Shown here: positions 1 through 16,800 of the stretch, piece after piece
Layout: every line of letters starts with the position of its first letter
Numbering within the stretch: position 1 is the first letter of the stretch
From: Orbicella franksi
Taxonomy: Eukaryota
Assembly (NCBI GenBank): GCA_964199315.1
Contig: OZ116699.1
Location: forward strand, 30,566,001 to 30,630,000
Reading direction: 5' to 3'
DNA: 64,000 nucleotides
Translations under genes and position numbers: made by a program
The notes under the pieces: model-generated
Databases searched by the model: none
What the model was told of the DNA's origin: nothing
Seen by the model: the letters and a program-made list of their open reading frames with translations, nothing else

Positions 1-5261
<5,261 letters not shown>

Positions 5262-5288
5262 AGAACATCCAGGGTAATTGAGACTGTA

Positions 5289-5470
5289 AATAAAGCATAA
5301 GAAGCGTTCATTAATTGGTGGACCAAACCTGAACAATGCACGTGAACCGGATATCAGTAATGTTCTCCCCATTCCTCCACGTCCACCCTGTGAAGAAGAT
5401 TTAACTGGTAACGAGGAGGTTTATGTAATTGTGCGGAGAAAACGGACACATCTTGAAATTCTTTAATAAA
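5289..5470 (+). terminator. Candidate COPS4 polyadenylation signals
   Basis: AATAAA at 5289-5294 and 5465-5470, downstream of the stop codon. Confidence 0.5.
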
Positions 5471-5859
5471 CGTTCTGCTATGATGAAAAATTCTTACTGC
5501 TGTAAAGTGCAGTGGTGTTAATCTTTGGATGGAACTTTTTTCCCCATCATGCAGCGGTCTGGTGAGCCTTGTGCTTTTGGATATGATCCAGTGGCTCTCT
5601 TCTGTAATGAAGCAGCCATATTGACTCTCGGCTTTTCTGTCTCCACTTTCCGCCGTGCAACGGTATTGGCTTCTATTTCATTACAGAGATTCCCGGATTC
5701 CCAGTGGCGCAACTGTTAAAATATCTTTGAAACGTTAATGAAATAAAATGTGAATTTTGTGTTTGTTGAGATTTTTAGTTCGTCTAGTTTGATCGTCCTG
5801 GTGAGCAAAATCCAGAAAACAACCATTTTAGTGAGAGTTTGAGCATACATCACTTGCAA

Positions 5860-6550
5860 AAAATTTCGGGAGCTTAATTTTCGGACACTTTTGGTGCTTA
5901 CCATTAGCAAAAAAAAAATACGGAAACCTCGGTTGAAAGTGAAATGGAACAGCAATTTTCTGGAAAATCCGTTCGGAAATTGTAGACTACCTCCAGAGGT
6001 AGCGCTCTTTCTTTTCGGAACGGAATGGCGGAAATTTCCTTACCATTTGGTAGAATCCCCGGTTTCCAGTCTCTCGTCAACAGAAAATAACGGGAAATCA
6101 AATTGCAAATGGTAAGCGCCATCTTGTTCGGTTGGTCTCCTGATTTTGGAAAAACCCTTTCCATTATTCAACGGTCATCCCAACAGGTTTATTCCGGCAA
6201 ATGGTAAGCACCCTTTATCTCGCTTCGGACAAATTTCGAACAAAAATTTCGGACACTTTTCTTAAACATAGCTAAAGTAAATTTACGCCAGCAAAACACG
6301 GATTAGACTGAAACAACATCTGTGACAAAGATAGTTTTACTGCACCCTCAAGGCTTTACGGATACACCGACGAGAAAATAACACATATTCTGTTAAGCCA
6401 GTACGTACCTCAAGCAGTGACTCAACTAGAGTTCGCTCCCTAAAGGAAACTTTTATATACTGTACTGTAGATATTTCGGGCGCTTAAAATTTCGGACGCT
6501 TAAAAATTTCGGACACTTTTTTTTTTGTCCGAAATTAAAATCGTCCAAAA
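5860..6550. repeat. Decayed DNA-transposon end with repeated AAATTTCGGAC motifs, interrupted by a MITE
   Basis: (A)ATTTCGG(A/G)C recurs near 5862, 5878, 6245, 6475, 6488 and 6505, and is inverted (GTCCGAAATT) near 6527. This resembles subterminal transposase-binding arrays. Confidence 0.45.
5893..6212. mobile_element. MITE with 13-bp TIRs (PIF/Harbinger-like)
   Basis: GGTGCTTACCATT (5893-5905) and AATGGTAAGCACC (6200-6212) are exact reverse complements; no long ORF inside. Confidence 0.7.
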
Positions 6551-7649
6551 TTGTTTGAAAGTAATGAAATAAGTTTCTTGTCGTTTGGTTAGTTTCACCA
6601 TGACGTCATTGCATTGGCTGTTGTCATGGGTGCAAAGTTCGTTCCAGTATTTGGTCAGGTGTTGTCAATTTTGATCATATTCCTGGTATCTATTTACAGT
6701 CGTTTCGGTTTTGTTTCAGCCAGACTTCCTTCGTCGGTGTATGTACATCTGTGTCACTATTCGGCCATTGTAAAGATTCAACAATCTTGTAGCTGTGGTT
6801 CCTAATCCTGGAAACGAGGTTGTAGCGCCTGATTCGTGTTCAGTGCTTACTGCGCGCGCTGGAAGGATCATACCCACCTGTCCCTCCCCTACTGCGTTGT
6901 GAACTGATCGCGTGAGTACCTAACAACTTGTGTGGAGGCGGTTGCTGCGAACAACTCCTGTTAGCTTCCGGCAAAATAAAGCGCTTTACGAAAATTAGCA
7001 AGAGATTAGCGCCTTTTATGGAAACGCTTGCAGTGTTGGACGGTTGGATTGAACACTTTTGTTATATTTTAGATGATTTTCGATGGTTTTGGAAGAAATA
7101 GCCTTGACTGCGAAGGGAAAAAACATGTTTTTGTTTGTTTGTTTTTAACTTGGAAACTTGTTACATGCTTGCTAATGCTATGCTTATATGTTCCTTAGCT
7201 TTTAGAGTCTACTTTGTTTGTTTTATAGTTGGTCTGAATATGCTTTTTTTTTCCCTTCAAACTGCTTTTACCGCTAACCTCGAATATTATTTCCCTATCA
7301 CTATTTTCCACGGATTTTTGGTCGATGCATTCTTTCTCATTCCCCTGGTTTCCATCCAGTTTGCTCGAAGTCTGCCAATGTTTGTTCTTTTCTCATAGAA
7401 TGAAATTCATGGCTCAAATTACTGAAGTGCCATGTGTCTTGTAGTGACGAGTGCTGACACTGTAATCGACAAAGCTATAACAAAACAAAAATTACAAATA
7501 GAAAACTCTTGCTGACTAAAAGTGAGTCTTTCCCCGTTTTAAACTTTGTTTTGCCATATGCCAGGTTTCTCCAACTAAATGTTTAAACATGGCATGGGTC
7601 GCCACTGAGCTTTCATTAAAAAATCTCTTTGCCCCCCGGCTTGAACAGG

Positions 7650-7735
7650 TCGCGTGTTTGACAGAAAAACGGGTGGTGGTCGCTTCTAAGAATAACTCAA
7701 GGTCACGCTATTTAAAGTCCTTCTACGTTTCAGTC
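7650..7735 (+). promoter_or_regulatory. Putative core promoter of AHR alternative exon 1a
   Basis: TATTTAAA at 7709-7716 and Inr-like TCAGTC at 7730-7735. XRE-consensus TNGCGTG at 7650-7656 (+) and 7704-7710 (-). The TATA-Inr spacing (23 nt) is somewhat short. Confidence 0.4.
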
Positions 7736-7820
7736 AAATTTAACTACTCGCCAGCGACGAGAGCATTTAGACGCACGATTTTTTTTTTCCACCAGGCTGA
7801 AATTGCCGATTCGAGATTCA

Positions 7821-7921
7821 ATGTTGGAAGAAGGGTCTTCGTTTCGGAGCGTTTCTACGCTGAAAATGCCGGGGAAGTGCCTCGAGAATCAAAACTCCCA
7901 GAAGAAACGAGATCCGTCGTG
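7821..7921 (+). CDS. Candidate alternative first coding exon (1a) of the AHR-like gene
   Basis: ATG 7821 (in-frame second ATG 7866) encodes MLEEGSSFRSVSTLKMPGKCLENQNSQKKRDPS and ends in phase 2 at the consensus donor GTG|GTAAGT (7922). This phase matches AHR exon 2 (14118). Confidence 0.55.
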
Positions 7922-9375
7922 GTAAGTATATGATCTTAGAATAAATCAGTTCCTTTATTAATATATATAATAGCACCATTTATATACACTTTAGAATAAC
8001 ATCTTGACTATCGCACTAAAGGAAAATTAGCGCCAAGTGGCGCCGATGTCCTTAAAAAAAATTTGCTCGAGTCACAACATAAACTGTGATTAATCTTTTG
8101 AGTTTTACTGAAGCATGCGGCAGTTTTAATATCTAGAATTGTATCGAGGAGATTAGGTAGCCTATACAACGCTGACGGACCGTATGGTAGTCAAGCTTGC
8201 ACCTAGATATGTTTATTTCATCCAACAAACTATGCCTTCGATAGTCTAACACGAGAAAAAATTTCCTCGCCTGGCAAAGTAATTAGTTCCTTCGATCTAG
8301 CTGGTGCTAGACGCGATAAATGATGTAAACTTATTAACACTTTCTTGATCATACCATTGTCGTGCATCCAACTTCAGAATTTCTTTATTTCAACTCTGTT
8401 TTAGATTACGAAATTAAAAGAAGCAACTTCGATCAAAGGACTTTATTTTGTAACGGCAGGAAACACTGGCACTCCAGTGGTTTGATTGACAGGTTCCTAG
8501 CTTTAATATATATTCAAAAACGAAGCCGCCTCTTTTGTTCACATCAGAAGATACAAATAACCTAGAAAGGTTTGGAATAAATCAAATGAAAAAGAAAAAA
8601 GTTAATAGACAAGAATGAGAGAGCATTAAACTGTTAAATTGACCTCATGTGTGAAGAAAAAGATAGAAAAGTGAAAAACTGTATGGATCAGTTAGGAAAT
8701 TAGCTGGAGGTATTATGTGGATTTTTTTTATAGGTTTGACTCGTGTCAAAACCTTGTTAAACCAAGCAATTGTGTCCAGACGTGGTCTAAACACAAGGCA
8801 ATCATTAATATATAAAAAGTGACAAACGAGTGGGCAGGCTTAGGCTTCGTTTTAGACTTAAACAACACGAGAGCTCTGTCATCACCTGTTTTCACTCTTT
8901 GTTCATGGAAGTCAGTAAAATTCCTCCTTGGTTTTGGTGTTTCACGCACTCCGAGCCCTTCTCGCATTTGGAATTGCCAGTATCTTCCACAGTCAGTTTT
9001 CTTTTATCTAGAACGTTTGTGTATATCTGCGATATTACGGCAAAAAAATTAAACGTAATAAACGCTCTTTCCAGTGCCATTTATTTTTTGTTTGTGAATT
9101 TTTCAAAAATTATATTTATAGTTATATATTTCTTCTTTGTTTACCAAGTTGTGCAAATGTAGCTTTTTCTGTTTCAGCTAAAATGTGTGGTTGTCAATAA
9201 AAGACGTCATGTATGCATATGTTCCTAGACGCGCAGATTAATTGAAATAATAACTATTTTCGTTAAAAATTGTCATTGCTTGACACCTGTTTTTATAGTC
9301 TCCCTCTATCCTTCCATGAATTCAACCCCTATTCACTGTAACATAGAATTCGTCTTAAGACTTGGCCAACCCTAA

Positions 9376-9465
9376 GGCCCGGTTCAGACGCCGTACTTCA
9401 CACGATCGTAATTCATTGAATTCGATTCGGCTCATGCATGTGGAGTACGGCGTCTGAACCGGGCC
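9376..9465. mobile_element. 90-bp PIF/Harbinger-type MITE
   Basis: 22-bp perfect TIR GGCCCGGTTCAGACGCCGTACT, flanked by a TAA TSD (9373-9375 and 9466-9468). Confidence 0.85.
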
Positions 9466-12400
9466 TAATTATATTAAAATTTCGTGATTTTTTTTTTCCT
9501 ATTTTAAGCCCCCTAGCCAAGTGGGGGCGCTCTGACTTAATAATTTGTAATTTGAAATGCCGATCTCCTTCCCCAACCATCACTTCTCAGAAGGTTTTGA
9601 AAAGAAATGAATTCAGGTTTTACAGGGTTTATGCAGTTTCGTTGAAAACTAGTAATGACAAATCACGAGAGCCCGTTAGAACCGGCCCTTGAATCACCTG
9701 GCTGCCCACGCTTATAAGGGACTTATAACTATAGACCTATAAGTTTGCTTCCAGCACAATCTTCTAAGAAGCCCTAAAGCCAAGCCTTTGTAGAAAGATG
9801 CATTACTCGTAGTAAAACAGTTCCAAAACTGACATTATTATTCTCCCTAATGCATCTCACTGGTTCTGATACATTGTCATTCCCAAACACTTTCATTTTC
9901 TTTGGGAGAATTTGGCCATAAGGGCTTATGAACAAAACTGATTTTGAAATCAACAGAGGCCATGAGAGTGAATTAATAACGAATCGTTTCAAAGCTACGC
10001 TGAATAATGATCCTGTAATGTCCCATGCCAGCCGAAATGCTTTATATGTATTTCATTATGGCAGCTTACTTTAAATTTTCTAAGAAAAGTTAGACACCTT
10101 TGGAACTCGTCATTTGCCGGCGGTTGGCGATATAGCGCGATTTAGGTTTCGTTATCTCTCGGTTTCTGGCTTTTAACGGATATAGATGCGAGCTTGAACG
10201 AAGGCAAAGGTTTCCTCAGTGCCAAAAAGTAGCCACCGAACAACGGTGACACCGAAAATACGTTATTACAGTAGCTTATGCCCGCTTATGCCACTGCGTT
10301 CCAAATTAGGTGACAGGAGGAAAGATAACTAGACACGCGTGCAGACTGTTGATTAATCACGTTATAAAACAAATAATAACAGGTGAGGTTGAATTCCTTA
10401 GGGTGGACAATCATATGCGGACAGGAGCCCATGGGCTCCTGATCACACGTGGAAAAATGTCTTGCGCACGCGCATATTTACGGCGTTTGTCCAGCAACTA
10501 TTGATATTGGCGATCACGTGCGACCGAAAAAAAAAACTGAGCTAGGGGAGCTGGGGAGAGAAATACAAATGGGGAACGTTTTGTTTCATACGGCCATATT
10601 TTCCTTTTCTCAAGAGTTTGATTAATTTATTGAGCTATTCACGACAACAACAAACCGAAAGAAACCACTCGTTGTTTAGGCGTACTCTTGGCCTGTTGTG
10701 TATCGATTAACACGTTTGAAGTACAAGCAGACAGCTAGACTAGGCTGGCTTAGAATGGCAATGTGCAATTTATATGGACCAAGTTTTCTTAATTATAAAT
10801 GCTTGAAATAATGATACATCCAGCCCCTGTATATTCGTAATATTACTACACCATTTAAGAGAAACTCAACTCAGAAACCAATTTCACTCTCTGCCTTTTG
10901 AAAAGGCAATATAAGTAACGTTTGATCATCGAGGTGCAGGGTGTGAGAAATGTTTGGCACTTTTCTAGCCAGACAATATAGCTAAAAAACACGTGAATAG
11001 CTCATTAGTTGCCCTCAAATCTCTTCATAAGACTCGGTTACGTAAGAACTGTTTGTCCTTGGTTAAATACAGAAAACCGGTTTTCTTAAGAATTGTCCTT
11101 GACAATCATAGAGACTAAGAACGGAAGCAGGAAAAAAAACCTTGTCTGAAAATGACACATTTTTAAAGCTCAATATTTAGAAGTAATTTTTCTCCCTTTT
11201 TCCTAAAACTGAGCTCGAGAGACCCTTAAGTTTATACTCCAACGATGAAAAGGCGTTCTTGCTAATTGCTTAAAAGTACCTTAGTACACGCCATTTCAAA
11301 CCTGGCCCACTTCAATTCATCTACACAATGTGTAATTATATATTCAAGTCGCAATTCACGACGAAAACTGAAAAGCTTTCAGAAGGATTACCATATAAAT
11401 ATTCATTACCCAAGCCGACTTGACCAGAATTGGCGCCTCTTGCACGCAATGTAAAACTATGGTTAAAATCTTGGTATTTTGGTACTGTGACTCACACGGC
11501 AAATTTAATACAACCTTTTGCGGAGATCTGAGTATTTTTGAGACTCCCAAGGTTGGTTTTTCAGCCGTAATGTTGCAAGAGTTACACCCTACCTATCGCT
11601 TAATTTTTGTGTCAATTGTTCACACTTGTCTGACAATATTCCAGGCCAGACACAGTCGTGCCACTATTGTTTTTCTTCATTTTATGCAGCTGTATTTTAT
11701 GCCATGGAAATTAAGCGAGGCCAAAGTTTCGCGCTTTCCTCTTTTTCACGATCTGAAGAGCAAACCCTGCAAAAACACGATGTCTCGCAAAAAAAATATT
11801 TCTTCAAAGATTTTATATCGGATACATTAGAGGAACAGTCGGTTATTCATCAATACATGTGACGGACTGATAACAAACTGGTTCAACGTGTGGTTTTTTT
11901 TCAAAACTGATATTACTCTTCGCAATGTTAGTTTTTCAGGACATTTCCTAATTTTCTTACAGTAAATTGTGCAAGTTACCAGGAATCGCAAAAAGAACTC
12001 CCTCCCCTAGAAAAACAAAAACAAAAACAAAAAGCAGTCTTTTCCGATCGTAAAAATTTATACTTCCCGAAAACCTGACTGCCACACCCTATTTTGCTGC
12101 AGTTTATAGTTAGCATTCATGGCCCTTTGCACCACAATAGAATTTTTTTTTCTTAAGTACAGCCCCGTTCTAGTCAGAAGATCGGGTCATGGGCTCCTGG
12201 ATCGTATATACTCCCCAACTCCCCTTTTTAAATTTGATCGGACATATAAAAGAGAAATTAGAAACCAATCAGTGCCTAAGTCTAAATTCGACTGGTTTTC
12301 TAATTGTTTCTTTTCCTGGAAGCTCTCGCCTCATTAGGAGTTTATGCGCGTGATTCTATTTCAATACTTGATGATTGCGTGAACTTTTATGTTGTGAGAT

Positions 12401-13827
12401 GACATCGCATGACATTGTCCTTTCAGGTGTAAAAGAGAGTTAGAAAGTTCTTGGACAGCTCTTTCCTTCAATTATAATGCTAAGGGGTGTCTTAGTTTAT
12501 AATCTATACTTGGAACCTTGCTCGGATCACTTTCTCTGGGCAAACAGATCACATATCCTTTAAAGAACTTTTTGTTCTTTGCGTGACGTGAGTTCAAGGT
12601 GGGCGTGACAAGATGATTTTTCCGGTGCGCATAAATCTTCCTGATGTGACTGTCCACATGAAATACTAGAACCACGTATCGTGTTCGCGATCTAAAATAA
12701 GATATATAAATTCCATTTGACTCAAAAATATCGAAATTTTCTTTTTCGTATCTTTTCAACACTCGCATTGATATTGCGCAAATGGAATAACACAACGGCA
12801 GGTCGTCAACTAAATCTCTACTGCTAGCATATATAAATAACAGAATGCACATGAATGAAGAAAGAAAATGGGCTGCTGTCAGTGTTTTTTTGTCTGTTAT
12901 TGACTCGACACTTTCTTGTCAGTCACGTAACATAACCATTCTGAAGTGACGCTTTTGCCTAGACAAAAGGAACTACAAAACAAAGACAACCAACCTCTAT
13001 AATAATGAAGTAGTACAATAAATGTGCCTCACAGCGTCTCGTGAGTTCTTCAAAGGAACACCATTCTGTAAGAATATAATTAGCATTGCGAATCACGTTT
13101 AAAACCCCAGTTGCCCGTCAAAATGATGAAATTTCACGGACGTTACAATGTAACCTTTTGTCTGGAAAAACAGCCTGGTTTGACAAAATCCAGAGTCGAA
13201 TTTCGCGGTTGAGTGATTTGATGTGCGTTCAACCTTCAGCGTGACTAAAAACATGAAACACTGGTAGAACCAAAACACAATAGCGAACCACTCGTATGTG
13301 ACGGGCTTTTCCTTTGCCTTGCTTTTCACATGCAAATTTTGAGGATTGTTATACCGGGCGACGAATTGTAAATATTGCATAAATTATCTGGGTCGTCTTA
13401 AAACAAACCAATTATCATGTCTGTTTCACGTGCCCAGCCAATCGCATCGTTTCTTTTATAACCCTAGCAGTTGCTGGCCTTGATCAATACCAGCTCCGTA
13501 CAATGTGCATGTCAATCATTTTGCTGTGGGGTCGCGGAATCGGGTCCACTCAGCCCTTTATCAGAGATTTGTCAGGTTTTCTGGATTCTAAAGTCCTCTC
13601 AACTTAAAATTTTTCACGGCGATATACTCACCGAGACGGCATCTATCCGTGTGTAGCGAGTCGTGACTTGAACGAGCAAATTCGCACTGCTTTCATTACG
13701 TGAAATCATTTATAAGCTTCAATGGCTGGCCGCGCAGTGTCTCGCGAATTCACTATCGACAGTTTGAATTTTACGTTGTAGCAAAGGGAATAACAGTTCT
13801 TTAGCCACCCTGGCGGACTCTGAATTC

Positions 13828-16800
13828 ATGGATGTAAACGCGAACAGTAAGCTTAAACGGAAGAAGAAAACCCATGGGTTAGTATCGTGAGCTGTTTGTT
13901 GGTTGGTGTTTCGTGTCGGTGTGAGAATCGTGAGGTGGAAAACGCTCGATTGTCCGACTTGAGCCTGGACATGGTGTGATGTTTGTGTGGTGTATTCTCA
14001 CCTAAAATTTGACCGTGGTTTCGGAAAGTGTGCTACTTGTATATATTTTATGGGACAGGACTCTTCAGAAATAAGATATTCATTGCTTAATCTTGTTTTT
14101 TTCAACCGTATTTTCAGGCCTGGGAACCCGTCGAAACGACATCGAGATCGACTTAACGCCGAGCTGGATAACCTGGCGAGGTTGCTGCCGTTCCCTGAGG
14201 AAATCGTCACGAAACTCGATAAAATTTCTATTCTCAGACTCACAGTGAGCTATTTGAGGGCCAAGAGTTTCTTCCAAGGTAATTAATGTTTTACATTTAT
14301 TGTTGCCTCGATATGCCTGGTGGTTTACCTGTATCGCGAGTATTTTCTTTCTTTTCGAGACATTGTGGTGTTGGTTGCTACCATGAATTATTTTTCTTTC
14401 TCTTGTGTATTTAAATTTCACAAATTTCTCAACCCGGGAAATTGCGGAGTTTCTTGTATTTTATGACATTTGAAATTGATAGATTAACCTTAACTGGCAG
14501 AAGTACCGACGTAACTTTAGACGAAATGAAAAACTGATTTATGACGGATATTTTATGAGTCGTGTTAGCGAACACGACAGCCTTCCAACTGTTTATTAAA
14601 CGTTGGACCATAAATTGTGTGGCTGCTTTCCAAACATAAACAGAATTTAACGGAAGAGGATCTCCTTAAGCTTTCTGATTATTCCACAAGACTAGAGGGC
14701 AGAAAGGTCATCCGTGATTGTCTTATTATAAACCTTTTTCTGGGGTTGTGTAGTCTGTGGGGTTGTTAGGTCTTTCTGGATCTGCGAAAATCAGCGAGAA
14801 AGGGTTTAATTTATTATTTTCTGAAAGCTAGGATTTCCAGCTGCATCAAGTAAAGAAAGCATTGTTTGGATATGTGTCTGACAGAAAGTAGACTGCTTAC
14901 ATCCAAAGGGTCTTCTTTTTGGCAGATCTAAATGAAAGCAGTGTTTATGTGTTTGCGCCATTGAAACGTACCTCTGGAAAATTCACGAACGTGACTCTAG
15001 TCAGGGTCGGAGTTGAGAGTGTCTAGTGGTTGGCTAAAGGGAAATTTTAGTCAAAACATTACAAGCAATGGCATTCAGGTTTTATTGAGTTAAATCAACG
15101 CTTGACAGTGATATCTGACAAATACAAGATCCTATCGTGTCTTCTTCAAACTAAAAGCTGTTGTCTCTTTCCTTTCTCCTCGCCGTCGGCGAATCTTTGT
15201 TTTGGGGCCAGTGTCGACACATAGGCAGGTTTTAACATTCGAATTCTCCTTTTTTCGGTGGCTTTTTACACTATTTGATTTTAATACAACGTTATGAAAG
15301 GGCAAATAATAAAATCGGCTAAAAGCTATTGATAGGTGTAGTTGTTTGTTTTTTGGCGCGACGGTACCAAGCGTTCTTGTTCAATCAAAGCCTTACAGCC
15401 TGTTTGGGTTCTCCCTCGCAAATTGATCTACCAAAATCTGTCTTGTTGAACCAGACACAATAGATGCATTCGCCTGGCTGCCAAGATCACAGAAAGTATT
15501 TTAGAAGGGTTTTTCAAATCCTGCGTGAGTATTAGAAAGCGGAGAATGCCCTGGTTGTGTTGATCGAGAATTTTCTGAATGCAAGCCTGGACGATTCACA
15601 CCTTTTACATTATAAAATGCATTTGATGTAAACCCTCGGTCACGCAGCCTACTAAAGAGAAATATTTATTAACCTAGCTCACGCAACGAGAATTTTCGAA
15701 CAAGGGAAAATATAATTGTACTCCATGCTGTGCGCAGTTTTACTTCTTCATTCAAGACAACGAAATCTACAGGTTTTCAAAGCAAACCGGTCGACGTTGC
15801 GTGTCCGTCTAACAGAGGGAGATCATAAATGATAAATAGTCCTTTTTCCTTTAGCGATTCTCGGTTTTTGTTTGAGTGAAAGCATCACGATGGGATAGCT
15901 TTCTTTGTGGAATTCGTTACCCTTGACCTACACGATTCCTATAGGTATAAAATTGTTTACTCTTTTGGTATTCAAACAATCGCTTCGTCTCCAAGTCAAG
16001 ATTTAGTTCCTCGGCCGTAAACCGCGGACGATAGTTAGTTTTATGGATTTTATTAGAAGATGCTACTATAAAATCCTTAAACTAAAGCGTTTTGATAGTT
16101 TTATGTAGGAGTGATACATGTAAATTGGTTCACTTATTCCACGAACAAGGGTGGCACTGATAGCTACAGATTACTCTTGCAAACGCCCAGACCAGAATGA
16201 ATAATTTCTACCTTATTTATGCTCGTTTGTGGTATTCAATAAAGCCCGTTTTTTCCCAGTGTGCCACCTGACGTGCAAAATTATTAAGACGAGCGCTTGA
16301 AACATAGGACATAATTGTTACTCTCCATATGAAAGCAAATTTTAACCAACCCTCCTTAATCTATAAATATGGTACTCGGTAAACAATATTGTTCGCTTTA
16401 AGTTCGCATTTTTGCATATAAGTGTTTTTTACGTGGATTTTTCAGAAGCGCGTTTAATAAATTGTTTCAAGTGAAGCAATGGACGGACGTACTTTGTAGA
16501 GTAAGTCTCTTAATTTGTGGTTCGCTTACATTTCCACCCGTATGCTGGTAATTTCGCAGCAGACTGAAACGCAATCGCTATAATCTCGCTCGTGTCAGTG
16601 CTTGCGCTCAGCCATGGTGTTAGGATTCAGATGGCACACCTTTTTACTTTGTGACAATTTGGAAATTCGCTGTACATGTAAGACTTGTAGTCATGGAATG
16701 GGACATATAATTAAAGCAGAAACGGCGAGTTTGAAATGAAAGGAGCCATATTTGGTAGCTGGTGAATCGTGTTGGAATTTCTGGAAGACACATGCATTAC

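Noticed and set aside
5518-5719. Overlapping 64-aa ORFs after COPS4
   Set aside because: No recognisable domain or exon context; adjacent to transposon remnants.
7589-7933. 114-aa ORF from the track as a gene
   Set aside because: No homology and its frame does not fit the donor and exon 2; the plausible coding frame starts at 7821.
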